A stretch of 49,166 bases of DNA, the filler included, from Bipalium vagum (taxonomy: Eukaryota): NCBI GenBank assembly GCA_037834085.1. It is 2 parts of 2 records of this genome, joined end to end, with 100 filler letters (N's around TTAATTAATTAA, not from the genome) between each part and the next. Parts side by side here need not be neighbours in the genome. Positions count along the whole stretch, not along the records: positions 1 to 30,845 come from JBBMKC010263122.1; positions 30,946 to 49,166 come from JBBMKC010035797.1. One strand, 5' to 3'. The stretch's first letter is position 1. Each line of letters starts with the position of its first letter. Of this stretch, positions 26,850-38,725 are shown one piece after another. The translations under genes were made by a program, and so were the position numbers. The notes beneath the pieces are model-generated. The model searched no databases, had not been told where the DNA came from, and saw only the letters and a list, made by a program, of their open reading frames with translations.

Positions 26850-27775
26850 AAATTAACTCATAACACCTAAATAAAGATTTCGATCCTTTGGTTTGTATAA
26901 TTTCAAAGCACCTTTATTGATATTCGATATTGGTCCCAGTGATTATCTTTGAATATTTTTTTCAATTTCTGGAACAAAAAATGTACAATAGAATATAGCC
27001 AGAATTCTATGGGAGATGTTAAAGTATTTCTCAACGATATTCTCGAAGTACAGCTCTCGACAGATTTTACAAATGTGTTGGCACATTATCATGGTAAAGC
27101 AAAATTTGACGTTGAAATTTTCCCTAGAGTTGCTTTACAAGCACATCATAATGTTTTCGCAAAACTTCTTCGTAGTAGTACTTAACAGTAACTGTCCGCT
27201 GTCTCTCGAAAAAATTAACCAGGATTACAACTTCAGAATTCCATAAAATAGTGCATTATGAAACGCTTTTGGCACAAATCTTGTTTAGAATCATTAAAAT
27301 TGAATTATCCATATGATATACCCAAAGAATTGAGGTAACCTGGACTGATACTTGCATATTTTCTTAAACCATCGATTAGACAGCAACTACAATTTTCTCA
27401 GTCATTGCTGATGATGGTCATTCAGTTCGTTGTTCATCTTTTATGTCCTCTAGGTCTTTCTTAAATATGCTTACCCATTGAGAATTTTTTTTCCTTATCA
27501 TTTCGATAAACTTTTCTTAAAGGTTTGATGATATCTGATATTTTCCATCCGAGTTTCATTATCACATGGCATTCAAATTTCGATATTTTCATTTCCTAAA
27601 ATGATTAGCTTAAACAAATATATATTTTTATTTACGTTATATGTTAAATTGATTTTAATAAAATTCTATTTAATGTTATTAAGAAGTGTGATGAACACAA
27701 ACAAACTTTTTTAATTACTGTAATAATTTGTTAAAAGTCAGAATCATTCAATTAACTTTTTGATTCACTATCGTA
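26850..27775 (-). mobile_element. Decayed mariner
   Basis: MKLGWKISDIIK..KWVSIFKKD..DEQR (HTH) and HHDNVP (catalytic) traces. TIR-like end near 27775. Confidence 0.65.
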
Positions 27776-28116
27776 AGCGTTATTAATGAGACATTTCGAA
27801 GTGGTATAAATTTTATATTTCGAGTTTTTTGAGTAGTTTGCTCAATTGAGAATGAATGCAATTTTGTTAGTCATATTATTTAGAAGTAGGAGGATAAAAA
27901 ACAAAGTAAAAATCAATATTTGAAAAAATTATTTTAAGAAAAACCTTTTAAGAAAAAAACTTTTAAGAAAGTATTATGAGGAGAGAATTTAATATAAAAT
28001 TTTATAATGATAGAATATATAAATTCGTATTACAATTATTACTAAAACTCATACTATTAATGTTTTATGTTATATTCCGGAAGATTAGCTTAATGATAAT
28101 ATTAACCAGTATTCTG

Positions 28117-28132
28117 ATTATTATTATTATTA

Positions 28133-28177
<45 letters not shown>
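28117..28177. repeat. (ATT)n microsatellite
   Basis: About 20 units. It produces the poly-Ile in ORF 27976-28281. Confidence 0.95.
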
Positions 28178-28178
<1 letters not shown>

Positions 28179-29639
28179 ATATTTTATTTATCCAAAAGAT
28201 AATAATGAAAAAGTTCTTTTTTTATTTATAGAACTTATCAAACAAACAAAAATTAAAATTTTAAAGCTTGGCTCAAAATAGTTTGTTGTTTTGATTTAAT
28301 ATTACTTCTTTTCCCGTTTGATTAAATAAATCAATTTTTGTTTTTAACTAAAAAAAACTTATAAACAACTTTTTTCATTTTTAGAGGAACATCATTGTTT
28401 ACAAAAGTAAATGTTTTACAAAAGAATTGTTTCAATGAAGAAATAGTGATTTGTTTTTTCTTTTGACAAATTTGGTAGAGTAAATTTACTGGTTATATTT
28501 TATTTTATTTATTTTTTTAAAAAATATCAGCATTAAAAGGTAATTAATAGAAAATCAATTTATAATTTTATTGATTGAAATTCAATTTATTCCTGTTTTG
28601 TTTAATCGGGCTATTTAGAAATTGTAAGGTCATGAATTTTCTTAAACTTTCTAATAAATTTTTTATTATTTTTAATGAAATTGGTTATGTTAATATGTTA
28701 ATAAATTATTTTGACAAAAATTAATAACTTAATACCATAAAATAAAAATTAAAAGACTTACTTTATTTCACCTTTAAAATAATTATAATTTATTCCATTA
28801 AAACAAAATGGGCTAAACTGAATTTAATCAATTTTATTTACAATAATTACAAAATCTAATGATTATTTTATAATATAATGTAATTATGATATTTTTATCA
28901 ATTTTTGTCAATATTTCAAATATTATTATTACTAGAAAATTAACTAAACTAATTTAACTTTCAAGCCTTTCAATATTTTTTTTATTATTTTGTTATAATT
29001 AGAGTTTCATGTCACATTATTCTAAACGATATATTTGCAAATTATTTTTAAAGTTAAAACTCAGAAATTTTCAGTCAAAACTGAAAAGTAAATATTTAAC
29101 TGTTGCAAAAAAAATTGTTTAAGTTTACTGATAAAAGTCGAACTAAAGAAACTGAATGGAGAGCACCTGTGGAAAATATTTTACAATTTCCATTATGGAA
29201 TGATATTTGTAATCTAATTTTAACACTAATTTTAGACTTGTAACTTGATATTTGAGCTATTTTATGGATTTAATTTCAAATTCAATGAATTTAATTTAAT
29301 TCCCAAAAAATAGTAATGATAACAAATTTGATTTAGAATGACACAAGAAAAATGGTCAAATTAACATAAATTTTAAGACTTCAAATTATATTCGTAATGA
29401 TGGATGTTTCCCATTATTGCTTTCTTCGTTATATTTAGAATTTTAAAATCTTGGGATTTTTGGATTTCAAGTCTTAAAATAAATATTATATATAATTTTA
29501 TATCTATCCTAACGTATGGAAGTTAATATTGTTTTCTTGTTTTCTCATTTGTTTGTCAAATTTGCTAATCTTTGTCACAGTAGATTGTGTCATATGAAAT
29601 GTCCGATTTCATAGTAATTTAAAGTGTGTGTGTTACACA

Positions 29640-29653
29640 ATCACCATGGCAAC
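29640..29653. promoter_or_regulatory. Candidate RFX X-box in the Eag intron
   Basis: ATCACCATGGCAAC fits RTHNYYWTRRNRAC fully. A second site with one mismatch, GTTTTGATAGTAAC, lies at 29746-29759. Confidence 0.4.
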
Positions 29654-30062
29654 GAACAAAATAGGAGATTCAAAGTTTTTTTTATTATTACTAATTTTAT
29701 AGAAAAATATATTCATTTCTGATATTGGTAAAATCATAGACTGCGGTTTTGATAGTAACATGTAGTGTTTGGTAAACACTACACTTTAGGTCACTAAATT
29801 ATGTTTTGTTTAAATATTAATTTTTTACCTCGAGATCTGCCATAAGTAATAAAATACGTGAATTTCTGGAAAAAGAAATAATAAAAAATTATTTATTTAT
29901 TAATTTAATGATAAATAAAAACAGGTTAAATAATTAATATTAAACCTAATATTTAAACAAAAAATAATTTACTGACCTTAACTTCATGTTTGACTTTTAT
30001 TTATATTTATAATTTTATTTGTTATTTTTATAATTTAATAATATTTCAGCTCTGTTGTTTAG

Positions 30063-30241
30063 ATTCAAGCAAATTTGCAAGACTAGCCAGAACTGTCACT
30101 AAAAACCGATCCCTCATTCAACATATGTCAACTTCAAGTACCAGTTTGTCAAAAGTTGGAATAACCAATACCACAGACAAGAAACCCGTTCCAGATTATA
30201 TCAGATATGATGCAGAAAGTTATATAACTCAAACAAAAGAG
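30063..30241 (+). CDS. eag: Eag exon: post-PAS cytoplasmic linker
   Basis: gtttAG|AT...GAG|GTttta, phase 1/0, joins 19400 in frame. Translates (D)SSKFARLARTVTKNRSL..., resembling Eag SKFAKLARSVTRSR. The donor is weak, so the 3' boundary is less certain. Confidence 0.85.
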
Positions 30242-30283
30242 GTTTTACAATTTACAATAATTTGAAATGTAATATTATTTCAG

Positions 30284-30673
30284 AATATATCAGAAAAGTT
30301 GCCTTTATATCGCCAAGAGGCTCCGAAAACTCCTCCTCATATTATTTTACATTATTTGAATTTCAAAGCTGTATGGGACTGGATTATTTTTATTTTAACC
30401 GGATATACAGCAGTGATGGTGCCGTACAATGCTGCCTTTAAGAGTCGTAACATGGATGACATCGTTTTTCTTGTGGTTGACAGTATAGTTGATGTCGTTT
30501 TTTTTATCGATATTGTATTCAATTTTCATACGACATTTGTCGGACCCAATGGAGAAGTTATTTCAGATCCCAATGTCATTCGTATCAATTATTTAAAGGG
30601 GTGGTTTATAGTTGATCTTCTTTCATGTCTTCCCTACGATGTATTCAATGCATTTCAGCCTGAAACTACACAA
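30284..30673 (+). CDS. eag: Eag exon: S1-S3
   Basis: tttcAG|AAT...CAA|GTaatc, 390 nt, phase 0/0. Contains [73 protein letters not shown], diagnostic of the Eag subfamily. Confidence 0.96.
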
Positions 30674-30845
30674 GTAATCATTGTTTTATTTATAGAATCA
30701 AAATATTCAATTATTAATTATTTTAAATACCGTACATGATGTTCAATATTTAGGGTATCAAATTTAATCTGACTCCAAAATCTTAGGTGGTGCAAATCAA
30801 AACAATCAGTAAAGCAACACGTGTATTTATACCACACCAAAATAA

Positions 30846-30945
30846 NNNNNNNNNNNNNNNNNNNNNNNNNNNNNNNNNNNNNNNNNNNNTTAATTAATTA
30901 ANNNNNNNNNNNNNNNNNNNNNNNNNNNNNNNNNNNNNNNNNNNN
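30846..30945. other. Artificial 100-bp scaffold spacer N44-TTAATTAATTAA-N44
   Basis: Exactly symmetric. The 12-mer gives stop codons in all six frames. Confidence 0.9.
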
Positions 30946-32029
30946 ATTATTATTATTATAATTCTTATTATTATTATTATAATTCTTATTATTATTTTTT
31001 ATTATTATTATTTTATTTTAATAATTAGAACTATTAGAAGTATTTTATGAAGTTCAAAGAGTCAAATTTAAATCGTGTCGAACAAATGATTGTTACATAT
31101 ATTTGAAGTATAGTAAAATACTTATCCTATCGGATTACATTAAAATATATCTTTGATTTTACGAACGATGTAAATTTATCTTACAATGATGAAGAAAAAA
31201 TATATAAATAAATTTTAAATAAAAATGATAATATATAAAAATAATATTTCAAAAAAAGATTTAAATTTGAATAATAAAATTAAAAACTATTTTACCAAAT
31301 AATAATATTATATTATATATAATTTAATTTTAATTGGCTTACAATCAAATCCAGAAGTCAATTTTGAATGAATTTATTAAGTGATAAAACAAATAATATT
31401 TAAATCAATTTTCTCAGAACTGGAAATTCCTTTTTTAATTTTAAAAATAAGTTTACTTTCAAAATTTCATTTATACATAAAATTTATATATATTTTAAAA
31501 TATTAACCAATATAAATTAATTAAATTATTAACCACTCTTAAAGTTATAATAATTAATTTTTAAAATAATTACAATAATTCCTCAGGTCTGATTAGCCTC
31601 CTCATTAAAAAAAATTTTTAAACGCCTTTTGAAAATATATAATAATTCTTCATTAAATATTATAATTAATTATATTATATTTATTATTATTTCATAATTA
31701 TATTATATATTATTAATTTAATAGTATTATGATATGACATAAATAAACGAGGTATAATAAGGAAAAGAGAAATAGATCTTTTTAATTAAATAATCAACTT
31801 TAAAATTTTCACTTAATTAAAACAAAAGTGATATTTTTTTATGAGCCAGAAAATTATTTTCCCTTTTATAAAGAATGTGATTGTAAAAGTTCAATAAAAA
31901 GAATAAAGGAATAAATATGAAGGATGTAATAAGCCTTTATTTCTCTGAGGAAAAGGTGTTCCAAGATTTCGAGTTTTGGGATATGAAAAAAGTTGACCCA
32001 TTGGAAGTTATGCGGTTCAGAGATGTCAT

Positions 32030-32240
32030 CGTTAAAATGGCAAAGGAAGTAAAAGAACGCCTTTCCAGGTGTCTCAGGCTTGCAGGACCCACTTCAGTTT
32101 TATCTTTCACGATGAAATGTAAAATGTGAAAGGTTGCCGCCCAGCTCAGGTGCTCACACGACAGTGCATAAGCAGAGATTATCCGAAGAGCCCAACAATG
32201 AAACGACGAAGATGTAACGGGAAGAAAAATCAATTAATCA
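32030..32240 (+). mobile_element. Possible maT/DD37D-like transposase N-terminal remnant
   Basis: LRLAG..HDSA*AEIIRRAQQ*NDED resembles the N-termini of this group. Weak. Confidence 0.3.
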
Positions 32241-32903
32241 TAATTTTCATTTAAATGCCCATTTATTGTTTATGCCTTATCCACGGACAGAAATATCTCT
32301 CCCCAGGCCTTCCATTGAGAATCCATATGGTATTAATAGGCCAGTGAGACAATCTCAGTGTTTTTGTTTATTTATTTATTTCTGTGGAGGCTCTGTGTGG
32401 ACTTCCGTATTCGTAGGAGCTGTACTAAAATATTTCTCAACGAAATCAAGATTAATATTTTGATTAAACATCGTGGAGTAGAATAAGGAGGATATATACA
32501 ATTAATAAGATTAATGACCCCAATTATTTCCTTCTCCATTTCTGCCATTGTCTTTTGTTGGTTGCCATGCTAGAGAAAAATCGAAAAATCTGCGAAAATC
32601 TGCAAAAAGAACGATTTTTGTTCCCTTGAAAAATTGATATTTCTTTGACAAATTTTTTCTTTTTTTCAAAATATTTTTACGAGAAATACTTTTATTGGTA
32701 ACATAACCCTTTACCTCTTTTGTCTTTTCAAAATTTTTTTTGTGGTTTTGGAAACTCAATGGAACTACGTAGAAAACTGAAACAGGACTTCTTTGTTTAT
32801 CTGATAAGTCTTGGTGTAAGAAATCTAAAACAATTACTTTAGTCCTGTGATTTTCATTACTCTTCCGAAATCCGTACATTATTTGACTGCGAACAACGCA
32901 CTA

Positions 32904-34149
32904 TATGTTGTGTCAATAACATTCCAGGACTTTAGCTGTACACAAAATCAAAGGTGCATAAGACAACAACAAATCATATTTCATTAGTCAAAGTAGTCAC
33001 CATTGACTCGAATGCACTTGGTACATCTTTTATACAAAGTGGCAAAAATATTTTTGAAGTCCTCTATTGGTCTACCCTTTAGTTCGCTGTAACATTCAAC
33101 TGAATAACCTCAATATCATGAAACTTTCTTCCTTTTAGTTTTGGGAATAGGATGAAATCTGCTGGACCTAAATCCGGCGAATATGGTGGTTGGTTGATCA
33201 CCATAACTCCTTTTTCAGCCAGAAAACTCTTTACGATTATTGAGTTATGAGAAGATGCGTTATCATCCAGTAAACTACAGCTCCCTTTATTACTGTGCTG
33301 AGGTCTAATTCTGCGAATTCTTTTCGAAAGTCAAGACATCACTTCTCTGTAATAAACAGCCTTGACTGTTTTATCTCTAGATAGAAATTCTTTCTGAATG
33401 ACTTCATCAAAATCAAAAAACGTGATCAAGAAAGTTTTAATCTTCGAATTTTGGAGAGCTCTTTGAACACCATTGCATGCTCTGTTGTTTCGTTTCAAAA
33501 TCATATTGAAACAACTGATCACAAGTAACAATCTATGTGATAAAATTTGGATCAGTATGACAAACGATTTCTGCATCAATCAACTCTGCGTTGCCACTCG
33601 TCAGGAGTCAAACTGTGATGAACAAACCGTGAGTATTTTTTTCTTACATAAATCCTCCATCAGCATCTTCCGAATCGATTCTCTATTGATTCCAGTTTGA
33701 TTATCGAGTATCGGCTTCAACAATTTCTTTAATTTTGTCAATATTTTCATCTTTCCTGGAAATAGGTGGACTGCCACTTCTGTCATTATCAAAAAGAACA
33801 CCACGGCCTTCAGGAAAGCGAGAATATCATTCAAAGTCTCTATATCTTGATATTGTATTATTCCCATTCACGATTTTCAACATTTTGTAGATCTCCATAG
33901 GTGTTTTGCCTAATGTATTGCAAAATATGACATTCACTCTCTGTTCCATTCTGAAATTGAGACAATACCTAAAATTTTTGCAGATAAATTAAGCAAATTA
34001 CTCCAGATAAACCAATCGCTCGTTGAAATAAAATATTCAGAAATTTCAGTGAGCTGTGTCGTGTGCAGCCAATATAAACAACATTCCTTTTATAACTGTA
34101 TAATTCGTGTTATGATAATAGTCTTGGAACTTTATTGTCACACAATGTA
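32904..34149 (-). mobile_element. Full-length (about 1.25 kb) degenerate mariner, irritans-like
   Basis: TIRs TATGTTGTGTCAATAACATTCCAGGACT and reverse-complement TACATTGTGTGACAATAAAGTTCCAAGACT, TA flanks. MEQRVNVIFC..GKTP, FQYDFETKQQSMQW, LLDDNASSH, PPYSPDLGPADFILFPKLK, with stops and frameshifts. Confidence 0.92.
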
Positions 34150-34599
34150 TAATATAATACATAGATCTTCATCGGTAACTGTGTCATTACTGATAACCCT
34201 TGAATAGCAAATACGACCTATTGAAACACTGGATAATAAAGACACAAATAACAGGAAAATTCGGATATTAACCCTGGCTCCATACTTAATGGGTTGACTG
34301 AACAATTATTTATTTTATTAAAAAGCACTTCTTTATTAATTTCTTAAAAACCGGCGAAAGCTGTGCAAATTTTGCAGAAGACTAAAAAGATATTATTTTT
34401 CACATTTAACATATTTAATGAAACATATTTCACATGAAAATGGAATTCCTTGGCTTCCAAGATGGTACACAAAAGAGACACACCAGAGACAGTTTAATTT
34501 ACAGTGGAGATTCCTGGTGAAATTGAACTTTGGTTTAAATATATTTTCCTCTCATTATTTTGATTTCTTTTCCCTTTAATATCAGTCGAGAAAGCTCAA

Positions 34600-34980
34600 T
34601 AATAAATGAAGAATTAATTCGTTTTCAACAACTCTGATTGCCATGGATATCTTCTGTGAAATAGGGTTAGGGAAGCAATCTCTGTTTGTTTTCGATGTTG
34701 GAAAACATAATCATGGAAATGTTGAAAAACTTACAGAAAAATAATCAATGGCAAAACGGTAGGTACATTCCTCTTCCTGTCAACAATTTCTTTTGAAGAT
34801 ACTTTCAGAAATGCCATCTGATAATATTTTCGAGATTTTTTTTCATAAAAATATTTCATTTTCCTTACTCCGAGAGATTTCTACTGTTAGAACGGTTCTA
34901 AATATGAATGATTCCGCGGCAGTCTTTCCTTGTTTGAAATCATACGCCACACAAATGTGGATTTGGTATTTTTAAGCTTA
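34600..34980 (-). mobile_element. Mariner N-terminal remnant
   Basis: YDFKQGKTAAES motif typical of mariner N-termini. Confidence 0.5.
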
Positions 34981-36379
34981 TTTTCCAACTAAAAATGAAG
35001 AAATTAAAAATAATATTAATAAAATATTATAAATGAGACAAATTTATATAATAAAATTTAAAATGCGCGGTATTTGGTTGTTTATGCAATAATCGATGTT
35101 ATTCATTTAAACGCATATTTCTAACTTAATCAAATATAACGAATAGTAATTTAGTAATATTTATTTAAAATATTTTTATAACCATTTTAATAACTTGTCT
35201 CGAAGAAAATCTGTGAGAAATTTTTTCATGTTTTTATTAAAAGTTTTGAAGTTTAACAAATCAATCCTTTACAGTGATATAGACCATTATAGACCACATA
35301 CAACGAACCTATATCGAACCTATTCTGCAGCATGTGAATTCAATTGTAAAAAATATTCAGTGTAGGTGTGAGAAATGCTGGTTTTATTTGCATGGCGTTG
35401 TATTTCTAAAAGTTGTACGCAGAAATAAAAAATTAGAAATTTTGCATATCCCTAAACAAAATGTGATTTGTCAATAATTAAATATTTTGGTAAAACAACT
35501 TAAAATAGGCAATAACATAAAAAAATCATTAAGTATTTTAAAAATAATAATATTATGATAATTATTATGATGAAATAATAATATTATTTATCACAATAAT
35601 CAATTTTTAAATGGAAATAACGAAATAAAACATAGAGATTCACATCAAATTGTCTGTGATATTCTGAAACAGATCAAACAGTTCTGATCCATGCTGAACA
35701 TCACTGGATCAGAATTTGTCCAATGAAATGCCGTCAAGCGGATCAGCTTGATTCCATCGTCTGTTGAGGCAGTACAGACTCCGTCTGGCTTGTTGAAGCT
35801 ATTTACACCAGGAATTTTGTTCACAAGTCAAAATAAATTGCCAATGAAGAATATTTTGAGAATTTTGTTAATATGATATTTTCTCTTGACGACTTCGAAT
35901 GATAAAATGTTTGACTGAAGACAAATGACAAATATTTAGATTGACTTCGGATCAGAACTGTGATTATATCAAAAAGGGGTTAATAATCTTTGGAGTAGTT
36001 CTTTTTACTCAATCTATCATTTCTTTAATACTTTTCACTCAAACAGGACTTCAGGAGAATTTAAATCAGGTACTGTGGACGACTGATGCTTGTAGAAAGT
36101 ACAGCTCACCTCTAAACCCTTGTACATAAAAAAATGGAATTGTAAAAATCCATATTTTTTGTAGACCTTTTTGAAAATAAAACTTCTCTTAAACTAAATT
36201 ATTGTTTGACATTTGTTCTCTTAAGGTAATTCAGCCTTTATGTGGACAAATGAGTAAAGTCGTTTTTTAATAATTCGCATTCAATCAATTAATAAATTGT
36301 TTAAATATATCAAAGATTTTTGGCAATTTTATGAATTAAGTTTAATAAGTAAACATCTCTCGATTAATTTGATGATGAT

Positions 36380-37200
36380 TATGTAATAAAGATGTGGAGA
36401 ATACCGACTTAATGCCGAATGAAAACTGCAAACGAAATTGCATGATATACAAATGTAATTGTGATAAAACGGCACCAGAGACTGCAAGGTTAATTAAACA
36501 ATTTTATCATGATGCTGATGATGTCAGAAAAGATCTTCCCAGTTCAAAAACGAAAAATTTGATTTAGTTGACGCTTATAGATCTGGCAAGTCATCGATTG
36601 AGGACACTGACGTTATACAAGAATCGACTGAAAGAACTCATGGAAAACAATGATTGGAATTAATTCGCAATGTCACAATGAGTCAACACGGAAATAATTG
36701 GTCGACATTTAAAGAAGATAAAGAAAGAAAAGCAGGAATGTGGATGCCTCACGAACTTAACAATGGCGAAAAAAAGAAGTGTGTTTCCTTATGCAAAATA
36801 TTCAATTCCATGCAAGAAACATATGGAAACTGGTGACAAGATACGGGTTATGTAGGAAAATCTCAGTCATAAAATCTATGGGTTTCATCTTTTGAAAGAC
36901 ATACAATCGCTGAAAAACAAAATATTCAATGGAAAATTGTAACGTAAATGGTTTAGTGATCTACACTTATTGAAACAATAACTCCATAATTGTGCCCGGT
37001 TGAAATTATTGAAAAAATGTTTCCAGCTTGGTAAACAGGAATAAAGTCATTTCTTATTCATCAAGATAATGGACGACAGTATACAATATTAAATACAATC
37101 AAGTAAATTATTGACCTCCAATCTGGTGGGGCGTTGTGCTTTCTGGGTATCTTCTGCTCCTGACCATGCAACATTTTTTTTATGAAATTCTAAATAATGC
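36380..37200 (+). mobile_element. Decayed mariner transposase
   Basis: KAGMWMPHELNNGEKKKCVSLC and HQDNGR motifs. Confidence 0.75.
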
Positions 37201-37425
37201 CAGGAGAGTAACTTTTTCAACCTGTACCTATGATAAAACAAAAAATTTTTTATAATTGGTTATTATTATAAATTATATATTTTTAAGAAAACTTAAGCAA
37301 GAAATATAATACTCCCGATAATGGTATAAAACGCAAAAAAATGCAGTATAAAAATAATAATAGAGAACTCTGATATTTGAGATTGTTCGATAATAGGAAA
37401 TAGATTGGCTCTAATAATAATAATA

Positions 37426-38725
37426 TTAGGTTTTTGCAAAAGAAATTGCCATTTTAATAATACTCCACCGTTGTAGTCATTTTTTTTAAGAATATATTAA
37501 TTTATAAATATTAATCATTATATCAATTGAAAGCCTATATTTTGTTAAATATGGTAATGGTCTTAAATTTAGTTTAAATTACTTTTTAAATCATGTCAAG
37601 CAAGATGAGAAGTCGTAATTTTCTTATACAAATTTATTATTAATGATGCTTTCCGCACAGGTACAACTAATGAAAGAACAATTCAATGGTGGTTTTCTAA
37701 ATTCCATATCAGAGGTGAAAATATGCAAGATGAACTTTACCAATAGTATGAATTACGATCAACTAACACTGCAATCAAAACTGATCTACAGAAGAACTAC
37801 ATGTTGATCATACAATAGTAGTGCGCCATTTTAAAGTAATAGATAATGTAAAAAAATAGATTGATGGGTACGACAATAGGAAACGATTTGGTAGTTGGTT
37901 AGATCGTGGTAAAGCTCACGGCACATTGCTAAGCCGAATTCACCTTTCAAAAAAAAATGAAACTATTAAGTCGCAGAAATATTTCCAAGAAATCGATTAA
38001 AGGATTTCCAAGTTTCTACGTTTAAATCCTAAATTGTTCAACAGAAAAGAACAATTATTTTGCAAGACCACATATCACAAAAATGACGGTGCACAAGTTG
38101 CACAAATTTCGGTAAGAAATTCCACCTCATCTCCATTACATACCAGATCTAAAAGTGCTTATACTTACCGGATCTCTCGAGTTCTGAATATTATTTTTTC
38201 AAATATCTGGTCTTTTATATTCTAAAAGATAATTTCAAAAACCATAACGATGTCAAGACTGTCTTCAACGATTTCGTCGCCTCCAGAAAATCAGACGTTT
38301 ATTTGACTGGAATAAAAAACTTGTTTCACAATGGGAAAACCATTTTCAATCGAATGGTTGTTATTTTAATTAATGAAATTTTGTTACGTGTGTGTTTTAT
38401 CTTTTTAAAGCAATGGCCTCAACCTTTTTCAGCCTAACGCCCACTTTTGCTACACTCCCATCTGTAAAAAATCTATCGCCCATCCAAACTTTGAAAAACT
38501 TAAAATCCAAATAATGTTTATTGACAAAATAGAATGCAATGTCTACAACTACTATAGTAGTTGAAAGAGTTAATGAGACTTCTGTGCTTGATGTTCCGAT
38601 GCCAAGGACTTCTTCCTAACGCCACCCAATATTTCAAAATGCCCACTGTTTCATATCGCCCAGGCTGTAGGCCACTGTTTTAAAGTTTAATGTCGAAAAC
38701 GGCAATGTCTTTTGCACCAACCTCA
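37426..38725 (+). mobile_element. Cecropia-subfamily (Hsmar1-like TIR) mariner, internally deleted, with nested hAT MITE
   Basis: TIRs TTAGGTTTTTGCAAAAGAAATTGCC and reverse-complement TGAGGTTGGTGCAAAAGACATTGCC, TA flanks. GTTNERTIQWWFSKF and HPPYSPDL-like (PPHLHYIPDL) remnants. Confidence 0.85.
38411..38677. mobile_element. hAT (Buster/Charlie-type) MITE, 267 bp
   Basis: Perfect 8-bp TSD TTTTAAAG at 38403-38410 and 38678-38685. Ends CAATGGCCTCAACCT and reverse-complement CAGTGGCCTACAGCCT. Confidence 0.88.

Noticed and set aside
27976-28281. Hydrophobic poly-Ile ORF (also 12830-13036)
   Set aside because: Translation of ATT/AAT microsatellites.
2995-30673. Treating all five exons as one ordinary gene broken by an inverted contig
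   Set aside because: S1-S3 is diagnostic of Eag and S4-S6 of Elk, so two paralogs is the simpler reading. The chimera idea is kept only as a low-probability finding.
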